From Cercozoa sp. M6MM (lineage: Eukaryota; Protista; Endomyxa: Ascetosporea), in the NCBI GenBank assembly GCA_040357565.1, contig JBDODJ010000006.1: a DNA stretch of 64,000 nt. One strand, 5' to 3'. Of this stretch, positions 47,554-59,783 are shown piece by piece. Position 1 is the stretch's first letter; each line of letters starts with the position of its first letter. Made by a program: the position numbers and the translations under genes. The notes under the pieces are model-generated. The model was not told the origin of the DNA. It saw only the letters and a list, made by a program, of their open reading frames with translations, and searched no databases.

Positions 47554-50500
47554 ATGACTTCTTGGGACGACAGGAAAGAACGTTTCAGCAGGTAGATTCA
47601 TTTTGATAACCTCGTAAAATGTCGTGGTGCTTGGCGAATCGCGGCTATCTAGGTGGTGGAATGAACAAAAACGACAGTGGTTACTGGCGTGGCAGTACGT
47701 GTATGCGGATTCAAGTGCGTCAAGCATTTCAAGTACTATATGAAATGCGTATTTTAATCCTTGCAAGGCAGAACGACGGCCGAGGTCAACACTGATTGGA
47801 GCATCCACGGTGTTTTTTGTCGTTGGTAAATTTGAGCACCTTTTTTTTTTTTACTTTGTTGCAACGTACATGTACGCGCAGCCTTTACGGCGCTGCTGCA
47901 AGCTGCCGTTTCACGCGCGCCGCTGATTTATTTCCGTCTCGCCGAGAAGACAGTTGGCGAACTCGATGTGAGCTCTCTCTTTCTGCCCATACCCGCATCC
48001 ACGTCTCTTCATTTGCACTGTTTTGTTTAGATTCTAGTTACACCTGGCAGTTCGGAGTTTCGAAACGTGGATGCACAGGACACAGTATCTTTTCCATACT
48101 GCGTGTTCAGTTTCCCACAAAGATTCCGCGCGTTCCCGCTTGAAAACAGGTGCGAACTTTGCTGTCGTCGGTGCTTTTGTCGAACACTACAGCTGTGATT
48201 GCTCCTTTAATCAACGATACACAAGTCGACACAGACTTGGCACGCGACATTCTTGACGTCTCGGGCTCCGAGAGTCGAATCCACGGCTCTTTCCCGCGGT
48301 TTGTGTTCCCTGCTTCGATAAATGAGAGCAAGGTAACTTTGCTCTCGTTGGATCAACAAAAGGAACGCACTCTCGGCGTTGGCAGGTACTACTGTACTGT
48401 AGAGTGGTTTTGGTTCTGATGTTTGGTTTTTGAATACAACTGCTTGGAAACAGAGAGTTTAAAACGCCGGCTTTGCCGCTTGAAATCGATGGCATCTGGC
48501 TACAGCAGTCCGTTGCACAGCGTTCCGATTTTGAGTTAGGTACTGCGGCTGTTAGTTGAAAGATTATCGTTTAGCTTTTGTTTGGTTGAGCAGGTGGCAC
48601 GGCCAATGTGTCGCTTAACGTGCTGTCACTCGTGGACACCAAGACGCTGTTCAACCAGAAGGAGATTGGCGACATCCTGACGCAGCAACTTGTTGGAGGT
48701 AGGCTTGTTTGTTTTCTCTTACTATTTTAAGGGATTGTATGTGTGAGAATAGACTTGGATGGTGTAACCAATGTGAGTGTACCGGTCGATGTCGACACCA
48801 ACGTCACACTTAACGGCAATACGACGCTGCCGGCTCAGTTGCGTGACGTTCAAGTGGATTCCACGCCACTCAATGTCACCAACATCACTGTACCATTTGC
48901 CTTGCCCTTGTGTTCTTCTGCATCAATTTATCACACTCGTTTCTTCTTTGTAGGGCACGGTAACTCTGGGCGAGTTGTTCGACCAGGTGCTGCGAAACAA
49001 CAACGTGACCAACGACACGAGCGTCGTTGTGCCGCTCAACATGTCGACAACGGTGAATGTGACACTCGAGAACCGTCAGATCTCGCAGCTGCTTCGAAAC
49101 ACAGTGGCTCCTGTTCTCGAGGTCTTCCTGACGAATTCCGCCGATCAGTTGCAGAACATTCCACTGCAACCGCAGAAAGTGCGCGGTATCTTTCCTGGGG
49201 CCGATGGCAAATGGCCTTCTGCACTAGGCCAAACCGTTGTGGCACACCCGGAAGCTGTAGGTCTTTCTTTCAATTCTTCCCTTTCGAGTGTTTACTGCGT
49301 GAGTGTTTACTGGTGGTTACTGCAGGTGTGGGCTGGCATAAATGCAACTGTGGCACCGCTGGTGTCGCGTCTGCTGAATGCAGCGGATTTGTTCAACACA
49401 ACGTCGCTGCTGAACGCGTCGAATTTCAGTGTGTCTTTCGTCACCAACAGCGGCAACATCACAAACATTGGGTACTCCTTTTGACCATTGTACACTTCGT
49501 TTGGTATCCCAACTCGTTGTACCTGTCAGTGACATCACAAACGTGAGCGACATTGCCAGTGTCACTGTGAACAATGCGAGTTTTGACCAGGCATTGTTGA
49601 ACTCCTTGAACGAAACTCTGCTCGGTCAGAATGTCAGCGTGCGAAACGACGTCGTTCAAGCACTCGATGTGCCCTTTGCTTTCACATTTATTTCACCTTT
49701 TTGTTTTGTTTTTTGTTTTAACCTCTCCGACCCTTTTGCAGAATGTGAAACTGGAGGAGTTTACGCCGATCCAAGTGGTCACGTGGCGACAGCGAGCGAC
49801 CCAGTACCTCAAGTCGACGTCCAATGGTACAAGACTTTACCCACAGTCGCCATGTGCTTGTGATGTCACTTGGCACGCGCGTTGTTAGTCCTCGACCAAT
49901 TGGCCGAAGTGACTGCACTGTTTGTCGACAGCGTCGATGATTTGGCGCGAGCCGCGGTGACAGTATCGCTGCCTCTGGCGACTCAACTCGTCGCCACTGA
50001 CTTTGTAACTTTACTCTCTTAACCCCTCCCCACTCGTACCCTTTTACAACCATACCCTAGGTGCGACTGTTCCTGGACAATGTCTTCTTGTCGAGTGTGT
50101 TGCTGATGCTGCTGCTCTGCACGTTACTGGTGATGGCACTCATGCTGACCGACGCTGCTGCAGAGCAGTTCCAGGCAGCGCTCCTGCGTGCATTGGGTCT
50201 GCCTCGCAAAGCTCTTGCTAAGGTATCATTGTTCCCTTTGCACCCTTATACCCATATCCCAGCGTGTACTTCCATAGGTACTGCTGACGAAAGTGGCAAT
50301 CTTTGCGGTACCGGCGCTGTTGTTCGGACTGCTGGTGGCGACACTCGCCTTCCTAGCCGTGTCAAAGGTGTTCGACGAATTCGCCGCCCTGGACAAGGTC
50401 GTCGCTGGACAGCCTACGCCTGCTAGTACTCCTCCGGGCAGTGTACCGTGCCCTCCTCTGTATGTTTGTTGTATCAATTGTATCCACATGTGGTAGGCCA

Positions 50501-53500
50501 TCTTGGTGGCTTCGCTTATGGGCGTGTTCATTCCTCTTATCGCCATTGGTATACTCTGTTGCAATTTGTCTATGGATATTAATGTCACATGTGTGTTAGT
50601 GGTACCGCTGCGACGAGCGCTCGGCGATTCGGCACGACTGCGTGATGCTTTGGATATCCAGGTTCCCTGAACTCTTGGCACTTTTTTTTTGTTTTGATTC
50701 CTTATGTTTTTCTGGTCGGCGTTGGCAGAAGCGCGCAGTTGACGACGTCAAGATCGAGCAAATTGACGAAACCAAGATCTCTTTCGTGTAACATTCAGAT
50801 TTCAGAGGATAATCAAAAGTTGCAGGGGGTAACGGAGCCAAGGCAAAGTGCTATGAGGGAAGCTTTGTATGCAGTCGCGCGCTGGTGCGTCCGGCGACGT
50901 TACTGAGTGCCGTTGCTCTTTTGCTAGGCGCTGCTGTTTTCTGGTGCTCTTTTTTTTCTCTTTGACTTTTACAGTGAAAGTAACTTTTGACTGAGCAGGC
51001 TGATTCCGATGTCGTTCGCACTGGAGGATTTTGCGCTCTTCCTGGGCATTCTCAACTTTGTGTTGCTCGCGATGATTGCGGGTACATTTGTTTTAAACTG
51101 GTCTAGACCAAGTCGGGCTTGTTCAATATGTTGTTTTTTGTAAACCAGGTTTAGTGCTGCTGGCACAGTTGCTGCAACCGTTCGTGGAGATCTTTCTCGT
51201 CTCGTGTCTCGGGTGGTGTCGACTGGTGTAAGTTTTCGACCAGATCAGTAAGTGAAATGGGGAAGAGTTCTTTGTTTTGCTTAGACCACCGGGCGATGTG
51301 CTGCTGATCCACAAGCAGCAAGTATTTCATCCTTAATGTACTTATAATTGTGTGTGATGTTTATTGGAAATCAGGCAAGTCACCGTCCGCGAAACAAACA
51401 AACGGCACTGATGTTCACGACAGCGGTTGCCTTCGTCGTTTTTGCTTCGACGATGCTTGTACTGCTTTCCGTTTTGTTTGTCAACTTTTTGACTGCAACT
51501 GTGTGTTTAGGCACTCCAAAAGAACAATATTTTGGACGGCGTTGCTTCGTTTGGTACATTCATACATATTAACTGTTTGTTGTGCTTACCGACGATTGTT
51601 TGGCAGCCGGGTCGGACTTGTCAGTTCTCGCAATCGACCCGCGTGTATTCTTGCTCAATTAAAGGGAAGTATTGCAGTGGCAATTTGTTTTTGATGTTTG
51701 ATACAGAATCAACCGCTACCCGAGGCCGATATTCGCCGTGTTTTGGCCGGTTATGACAATCTACAGTACACGTTTATTTCGGTAGCTTCTTCTTTCTACC
51801 TTCATTTACAATTAATGTTTCAATGTTTGCAGGACACTGCGGCGAATTCTCTGTTGTCGCTGTTCCACGAAAACAACAACAGCACGGTACTGTTTCTGTG
51901 CTGCTGTGTTATTTCGCTACACTGATATGCTGTTTGGGCAGGACTTGGTGGTGACAGAGAGTGAGACACGCATCGGCACGGCATCTTTCTTCCGCAGCGT
52001 TCGTCAGAACGTATATGCCTTGGGTCGGTTGCCTGTGTGTGCTTGTGTGTGTGTTGTTGTTGTTGTTGTCGTCGTCTGGGTTGACTGTATTTTGACTGAT
52101 GGATTAACACAGAGGAGAACTACTTGGACGTTGCCTACGATCGATATGTGCGCGTGGCGTCCTATGCCACTGGTAGGGTTTGTTGAGTTGGGGTTTGTTT
52201 CCTGATGACACACATCCGCGTTCAGATGAATCAGGCCAACGTGACTTGGTGCGCGAACTCTACCGTCGACAGGAGGAAACAGGTGCGTTCCTCTTTTTGT
52301 ACTTGACTCTGTATAACTGAGGTGCTGTGGTAGGCATCACAATGCCATCTTACATGGTGGCCACAGGTGTCAGTTCCGACAGTGAGACACTCGAGTACCC
52401 GTCCGAATGGGCGCAACGACGACAACAACGTGCACAAAATGTGTACTCGCAGCCTGTACTTTGTCTCTACCCGTTGTGTGTTTACTAAGTTATTTCACTT
52501 TTGGCATAGGTGGCGGCACTCGTGTCGCAAGCACTGGACCCAGCGACTGATCTGTCCACGCAGACGCCGTTTCGTTTGCGACTGCGAAACACCGGGTATG
52601 ACAGTTCGAACTCGGCAGCAAGCAAAAATGACGAGGAACGAGACACCTTCTTGGTTGCACAAGCGCACGCGCTCGTGCGCAAGTTGTACCCTCTGCTTTA
52701 CTTTCTTCTGCAGGCCATGTCTTATTTGGCTCTGTTTTTGTTATAGTCCCGGTTTCTTCTTGTCGCGTTTCGCACCCTTCGCATGGGGAGTATCATTGCG
52801 TTGTGACCTTGTGTTCTGTCTGTGCAACAATGTATGTGCTTAGGCACCGATGCTGGTGACTCAACCGACGTTAGATCACATGGTGCGACAGGTCTACGCC
52901 GACTTCACTGGGTGCGCACATTTTACGTACAACTATACAGCTTGTGTATGCTTTGTGTGTACAGAGAAGAGTTGGCGCAAACCAAGATTTCACAACGACA
53001 ACTGCTCGTTCTGTTCCGTACAATGATATCTCCTGTGGCATATAGACTGTGCCGTGAAGAAAAGGATGCGAATCTGTGTTTAAACAGGCGACGGGACGAC
53101 AAAGAAGCAGCGCGAAGCTGTTGCTGCAGCGGTGCAAGCGTTGCTGGAGAGTTCGGACTCGCAGCAACAGAGTACTGGCGAAGAGGACCCAGATTCTGAG
53201 GTATCTAAACTAAGGCATTGTCTTTGTAAAGTACATGAACAGTTTGTTTGTAGACATCAACAACAGGCAGTAACTCTGCCGATTTCTTCGTCACCGTTGA
53301 CGTGATCTCCACATCTGAAGTATGTCTGTCTGTGCTTTGTGCACTCTTCTTTAACTCTCCTTGTAGTCACTGTCGACGGCAGCGGACATGCTGGATCTCT
53401 TTTTCTTGAGTACACTTGGCTTGAAACATTATGTGTGTTGTTCTGTGCTTACGCTAACTGGTACAGTTCTGGGACTGCTCGCGATGGTGCTGTGCTTTTT

Positions 53501-54137
53501 CTTGCTGCTTCTTAGCACGGTTTGTTAGCCTATTATGCCTTGCATTTGCCCGTGTTGTACTTGTGTTTGTGTGTACAGATCGCCAATGTGCACGAGCATC
53601 GATACGAACTCGGCGTGCTGTACTTTTTGCATCTTCGCGTCCTTTTCTTTGCCTAGATCATCCCGCTTCCTTTCATAGGCGAGCTTCGGGCATGACGAAA
53701 CGTCGTCTGACCTCACTCTTTGTCATTGAATGTAAACTTATATTAATATTAACCCTTTGGAGAGTGTTCTTATTACTGTTGGTCATTAGCGCTTGCACTG
53801 ACGATTTCTTCGGCCACTCTTGGCACTCTCGTTGGCGCTGGTACTCTTCTTGCTCTGTATGTCTGTCATGCGTGTGTACGCACCGAGTGTGCAGGTGTGG
53901 CCATGTCGCTGGCGGCACAGTTCGCGCTGTTTTCCGAGCAGCCTCTCGCCATTGTGTTCCCATGTACCATTGGAGCAATGGTCTCAATGTCGATATGGCA
54001 GCATACGGTTGCGTACTGTAGGGCCCCTCTGGTCTGCGCTGCAAGCCATGGCACTTGCCGTTTCTGTTTTCGCCGCCTGGTGGCCGACGCGTGCTTTCTT
54101 GTCGCGGCCCACTAGTCAGCTGCTGAAGAGCGTGTGA
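47554..54137 (+). CDS. FtsX/MacB-like ABC3 permease-domain membrane protein (eukaryotic type)
   Basis: ADSKRRPRSTLIGASTVFL, PLIYFRLAEKTVGELD, FQAALLRALGL, PLRRALGDSARLRDALD, HRPRNKQTALMFT, ANVHEHRYELGVLRASG; many TM segments. TGA ends at 54137. Confidence 0.85.
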
Positions 54138-54446
54138 TGAACCTTAAATTCTTCTTTTCCATCACACTCAATCGGCCTGAGTAGTCATTCTTTTCCAGTC
54201 GATCTGATTGAAAGGTAGTTTGATCGATCAACAGTCGTGTGTCAGGCACAGGATCTTTTGTGCTGACAAAACGTTTTGTTCTACAGTAGACGGTATTTAG
54301 ACTTAAAATAGAGCCTTAAAACGACAAAACATTGTGTAAAACGCTGGGCCAGTTTGCAATTGAGTTTCAGCATGCAAAGCTCCTTTGATTTTCGTTTTTT
54401 GCCCAGGTTGTCCAAGATTTTCCGATAAAGAACTGAAGAGAAACTG

Positions 54447-55881
54447 ATGTCGCAACTGCTGCCAGGACCTCAGTACGAGCAAGCAAAGCTGTTGAAAGTC
54501 GTATTTTTGGGCCCTGAGTGTTCCACCAAAACTGAGTACAGCTTTTCATGTGCTTGCGGCAAGGGCCGGGGGGGAGGGTGACGCTTGGTTTGTGCCTTGC
54601 AGGTTCGGACAGTGGGTGGCAAATCAATTGGAGCTGCAAGAGCTTCCAGAATCTGTACCACACTGCGCAGATTTTATGCAAGAAAGTCTGTGATAAACTA
54701 AGGCTGCAGAAGTGGGGCCTGCAATTTGTCGGCCAATCGGCGGACGCCGGCGAGAAGAATTTCTTCGTAATGTGCAGCGCCAGTGGCTTCACGTTTGGTC
54801 ATTCCGCAGTACCTTGGATTTTCATTACAATATTCATCCTATACACTGAGTCACATTTGTGCTAAAAGGTCGAGTTCAAGGGGCAAACGCGCCGCTTACC
54901 GCCTGCAGTTCGGCAGGAATTCCGTTGTGTAAAACCACTCAAAAATGAGAATTAAATGTGTCAGATGCATGTGTGTTTGTGTGGTCGATAGGCATCGCAT
55001 TTGCAAGGCACGGTGTTGAGTGACATTGCACGTGCAGCGAACAGTATCTGCACTGAACTGGACGATAGTGTTTTAGAGTTCTTTTTGTCTCACTGGCGCC
55101 ACTTTGTAAGTTGTTTCTGCCTGCCTTTTAAGAGCTATAGGAGTGAATTGAACAACGATAGGCCCTTGAGTTGGTGGCTCGTGCTCAAATAATGCTGCTG
55201 AAGGATAGCAATGCCTTTCGCTTCGTGCACGCCATGGAGTTCGTCGGTGGTGGTGTGTAAGTGGCTTTTCAATTCAAATAAATTTACCTCAATAAATCTC
55301 CAACGATGTTGTTGTTCGTGACTCCAGTTTCGGTGCCCCGCAAACAATGGCGTATTCGACATTCCAACGCAGACGTGTCAATACACTTGTATATATTTTT
55401 TCGCTTTGGTTTGTTTTTTCTCTTTTAGTCTTTACGAGGGGTTGGAACTACAGGTGAACTGGGCTGAAAGCACCAGCGGCAAACCGTCCTCGCCGACTGC
55501 AATGCGTGTTTGGTTTTCGCGCGCTTCTCCTTCTTCATACACCGGTGGTGGTACAGTGCCGATTTTGTCAATGCTACAGTATCGACACAGTAAACAAAAC
55601 TGTATCAATACAGTCAGGGCTTGGACTGTATCTGATATCTATGTGCTTGTTTAGATGTTAGTCAAAGAGCGCTACAGCACTACGACGCACTCGATGTGTC
55701 GTTTGCCGAAGGAGAGGTCCAAGGCCTGGCTGACTTGCGCGACACTGTAAGATTGTTTTGTGTTTTCGGTTGTAGCCGACGGAGTTCTGCCACTGTGTAT
55801 GTTGGCATCTCACAGGTGAAGCAGCTTGACGACGGAAGGTTCCAAGCAGGTCAGATTCTCGCCTTTGAGTGGCTTGCATAG
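54447..55881 (+). CDS. Hypothetical multi-exon protein
   Basis: ATG at 54447 MSQLLPGPQYEQAKLLKVVFLGP; several exons join in frame at GT-AG introns; ends ...GQILAFEWLA*. Middle exons uncertain. Confidence 0.5.
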
Positions 55882-56114
55882 CTGCATGCACAGGGCCAGC
55901 CTACTGCCAAGTGCAAGCGAACTGAAACAATTAAAACAGAACGCCGCGCACTGTACAAGTGCGGAGCTACGCGGAACGCAAATATGTAGTACCGTAGCAT
56001 AGATACAGTACGGTACGTAAGCACATACCTTCAGACTGCGCTGAATTACATAGTTCGTCGGTTTCTTAGTATACTGAACTGACTACCGTACGGTACGTAA
56101 GTAACTAAAGCGAG

Positions 56115-58791
56115 CTAGTACTCCAACGACACATCGTCGGAGTCGGAGTCGGAGTCGGACGAGTCGGAGTCGTCGCGCATCCTGTCACGCGCATCGGCCA
56201 ACGCTTTGCCGATTGCTGTTGCTGATGTACTGTGGTCACCTGATCGATCGTCTGATTGATCATCTGATCGCTCAGTGGGTTGGTCACTCTTGGCGGTGCC
56301 ACTGGCGGCGTCGACCCAGTGCTGCATGCGCTTCTTCATGACGGCGCGGATGCGCGCAATGTCGCTCTTGTGCAGCCAGCCCGTTGCCTGAGGGATGGGG
56401 GGGGGGGGTAAAAGGGAGGGTAACATGGGGGTAAAGGGGGCAAGGAAGGCCGCACCTTGCTGCATGTGTTGGTCGGTTTCGTCTCTTGCAGAACCTTGCG
56501 CACTTCCTCACTCGCATCAGCCAGGTCACACAGCTGCAGCAAGGGGCAAAGGGCGAAAGGAGGTAAGAAGATTAACAGAATAACAGGGAGTGAAGGATAA
56601 CAGGGGTAAAAGGAGGTAACAGGGGGGGGGTAAGAAAGGGGGCAAAACCTGGTAGTTCGCGCCCAAGCGACGCGGCGGTACAGCGAAGCGAAAATCTTCG
56701 ATTTGCTCAAAGTTCTTGTCGTCTGCTCAAACGCTTGTTTCCCCGTTTTACCCCCCCCCCCTTTTTTGCCCACTTTAACCCCTTACCGACATGAGAAGCC
56801 TCTTCGTCGGCAGTTTTGACACTGACGCCGCTCTGCCGCTGCTCGGGTCGACCACTCTTGCCCGGAATACCTGTGCCGCCAATAAACCTTTTTCGTATTT
56901 GTCCAGTGTTCACCCAAAGGGGAGAGAGAGGGGAGTTACTACCTGCGAAACGCATCGACTGATCGGCGATTCGCAGTGCCACGCCGTGTCTCCTCTAGAG
57001 GGAGTAAACAGAGGGGCTTATACGGGGGTAAACAGGGGTAGGGTGAGGGAGTAAACAGGGGGGGGGGGGGTAAAAAGTACTTGTAGTCTAAAGTCGATGA
57101 GCTGGGTCTCGCGAGATTCGGGCTGCTTCCGCGGGTCGTAGCCGAGTCGAATCCAGACCTGCCGCCACGGACCCGCCTGGAACCGGTAGGCTGCCTGCAC
57201 ACATACCCCTTTGTACCCCCCCCCCTACTCCCAGAAGAGTGTACCCTAGGCAGCAAGGCCAGCACAGCAGAGGCACGTGCACGTGCGATCTTGAGTGGCC
57301 ACTTGAGTGACTTTGGCTGGAGAAAGAGAGAGCACGTGCAAATGGGACCAGTGGACACGTGCACACCACCACAGGGCAGACCAGTGTACATCCGAAACCG
57401 CGGTGAATTCGGGCGACATATGCGCCAACAGGGCGTTCTTGCTCCAGACGGCCTGGGGTTAAATGGGGATAAACAGGGGTAAACGGGGGAGGGGGGGGGG
57501 GGGGAAAAAGCGTGAGAAACGGGGGTGGAGCCGGGGGACCGGCCGGGGGGGGGGGTAAACGGGGGGGGGGGGTAAACGGAGGGGTAAAGAAATACCCTCT
57601 GTTGGAACAGCTTCTTCAGTTTCTGCTCCAATTCGGAACATTCGTCGTCCTGCCAAACACCAAAAGTATGGCGACAAAAATCCAGAAGAATACACACGGA
57701 GGAAGGCTCACTTCGGGCAGAGCTTCCAACGGCTCTGGCGGCTTGGTAGGTACTCTATAATTAATCTATAATTAAGGGGGTAGAAGGGGTAAGAGAGTAA
57801 CAAAGGGTAAGAAACGTCATACGACTCGGCGTCGAAACTGACATACGCGCGGACACGTCGCAGCTGTTTTTGTTGCTTCGGCTGTTTTTCTGTCAGCATG
57901 GGCGGGGGATAAAAGGGTAAAAGGGGGTAAAAAGGGTAAAATGATAGGTGTAAAGAAGTAGAGGAAGTAAAAAGGGATAACGGGGGGAGGGGGAGGGGCA
58001 ACAACGTTAAAAGGGGGGTATACCAGCGGTAGTTGTAGGTGCGTGCCGCCTCTTCTCGTCAGCCAGCGAGGGTCGGAAACGGTAATCGCGAACGTAGTCG
58101 CACCGCGACAACACCAGCGGCAACACTGGCACTTTTACCTGTGGGTTAAAAGGGTAAAAACGGTAAGGGAGTAAAAGGAGTAAGGGGGTAAAGTACCTGT
58201 CGTATCTCCTCAAGCGACAAAAAGCGCCGATCGTCTTTTTTGAGCGGCTTGAGCATGTCAGCTCGCATCTGGAAATCCGCCAGTCCGCCAAACGACGTCA
58301 CTTTTCGCACGTGGCCCACCACCTGCACAACTCAACTCAACTCAACTCAAAGCAACTCAACTCAAAGCAACTCAACTCAAAGCAACTCAAAGCAACTCGA
58401 CTCAAAGCAACTCAACTCAAAGCACCTCACTCGAAGCGACATGCGCGTCGGAGCCGTCTCGCCTTCTGCGAATGCGCATTTTGACCACTGCCATGTTCGT
58501 CGAACTCTGCGTCACGCCAAACAGCGGATGCGAGAAACGCGCCTGTGGCCTCAGATTGATCTCCAGCGGCAGATTGCCTGAATGGCAGCAAAAAGCAACT
58601 CTAACTAAGTCATAAAGTCTTTGAAGCAAGTCACACGCTAACGCACCATTTGAGTGTGAGCGTGCAATTCGTTGACGACCGCCCATCAGTGCAATGGCGC
58701 GCTCGGAATTCTCGACAATGCCCGGGAACACCACGACACAAACATTTTTTGACTGGTCACCCAGTCCTTGCAGAACTACTTCTTTGTCCAT
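56115..58791 (-). CDS. GTF3C5: TFIIIC subunit 5 (tau95/Tfc1/Sfc1)
   Basis: VVFPGIVENSERAIALMGG, LRPQARFSHP, FGGLADFQ, LKKLFQQRPVWSKNAL, AYRFQAGPWRQVWIRLGYDPRK..QLIDFR, ATGWL, acidic tail DDSDSSDSDSDSDD. Confidence 0.92.
58323..58425 (-). repeat. Intron made of (TTGAG)/(TTGCTTTGAG) tandem units
   Basis: Plus strand aactcaactcaaagc repeated between acceptor at 58323 and donor at 58425. Confidence 0.93.
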
Positions 58792-59046
58792 CAGTCATTG
58801 CATAGAGCCCAATTAAGTGGCTTGGAACTCTGCTGGAGTGCCAAAGGAGAACATAGAAGATGGCTATATCCTTTATATCGATGGCTGCGGTGTTTAGATC
58901 AATTAATTATGTGAAAGCCAGTGTCTTGCACAATTACAATTGACGGCTTCTAATGAAAGCTGCGTTTCTTCCAAAGCGCGCTTTTTTCTTTTGCGATCTG
59001 TGTCAGCGGCTTGGTGGTGCTTCCTTCGCGTGGTCAGACCAAGAAC

Positions 59047-59490
59047 ATGACTAATAAAGTCCCTGTGCCGTCATTGGACACGCGATTTACGAGGTTGTAC
59101 CTGGGTGAACATTCATCTGCGCGGGAACAACCGCCAATTTCGGCTCGGGCCGCGACAGATGAACTTGCGCATGTGTCAAAGTTACAAACTCGACAGTTGC
59201 AACTGCTTCAGAACCGCGTAGAAGCCTTGAGACTAGCGACTACGAAAGTCGAAGCAAAAGCGGTCGAAGCACAGGAACGGGCAAGGCTGATTCTCAGTGC
59301 TCGCGAACGCCACTCCCAACGCAGCGAGCAGCGAATTGCGCTGCGTGAACAGAAAAGAAGAGATCTCGCCAAAGCGCACGATCGCGTGAAACAACGGAAG
59401 CACGAAATCGAAGCTGCCCGTAACCAGGCCATTGCCCGTCTACCGCAGTACCCGCTTGTTGTGGATCTTGCGCCTTCAGCACTTGGGTAA
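59047..59490 (+). CDS. Hypothetical coiled-coil protein (3' end uncertain)
   Basis: ATG at 59047, R/E/Q/K-rich heptad pattern; divergent from GTF3C5. Confidence 0.55.
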   Translation: MTNKVPVPSLDTRFTRLYLGEHSSAREQPPISARAATDELAHVSKLQTRQLQLLQNRVEALRLATTKVEAKAVEAQERARLILSARERHSQRSEQRIALREQKRRDLAKAHDRVKQRKHEIEAARNQAIARLPQYPLVVDLAPSALG

Positions 59491-59783
59491 TTCTGCTTCC
59501 TTAAAACTTGTGATCTTGGCAATGAATTCACGGTGCTGTAGTGGCAAATTGCTGGTGCAAGCTACTGCAGAAGGTATTAGAGAACAAGTTGAAACGGAAA
59601 TTCAAGGCACAAACCGACATTGGGACTCGTTGGGCATCTTCAGCGGTCAGAACGTTGAGCCTGCTGTTGGGTATGAACAAACTACATGACTGTAGTTTTA
59701 TGTTAATACTGTGTCGCAGACGTCAAAACGTTAGTCCATTTGTCAAACTGAAGCATGAGAGCACTGTGGTGCACTTGACTATC

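Noticed and set aside
52955-52980. U6-like ACAGAGAAG (also U1-like ACTTACCTG at about 1247 and U5-like GCCTTTTA at about 35972)
   Set aside because: Short matches at or inside introns of protein genes with no surrounding snRNA structure.
58323-58425. CRISPR-like array
   Set aside because: Contiguous degenerate tandem units with no unique spacers, inside a eukaryotic intron, and no cas genes.
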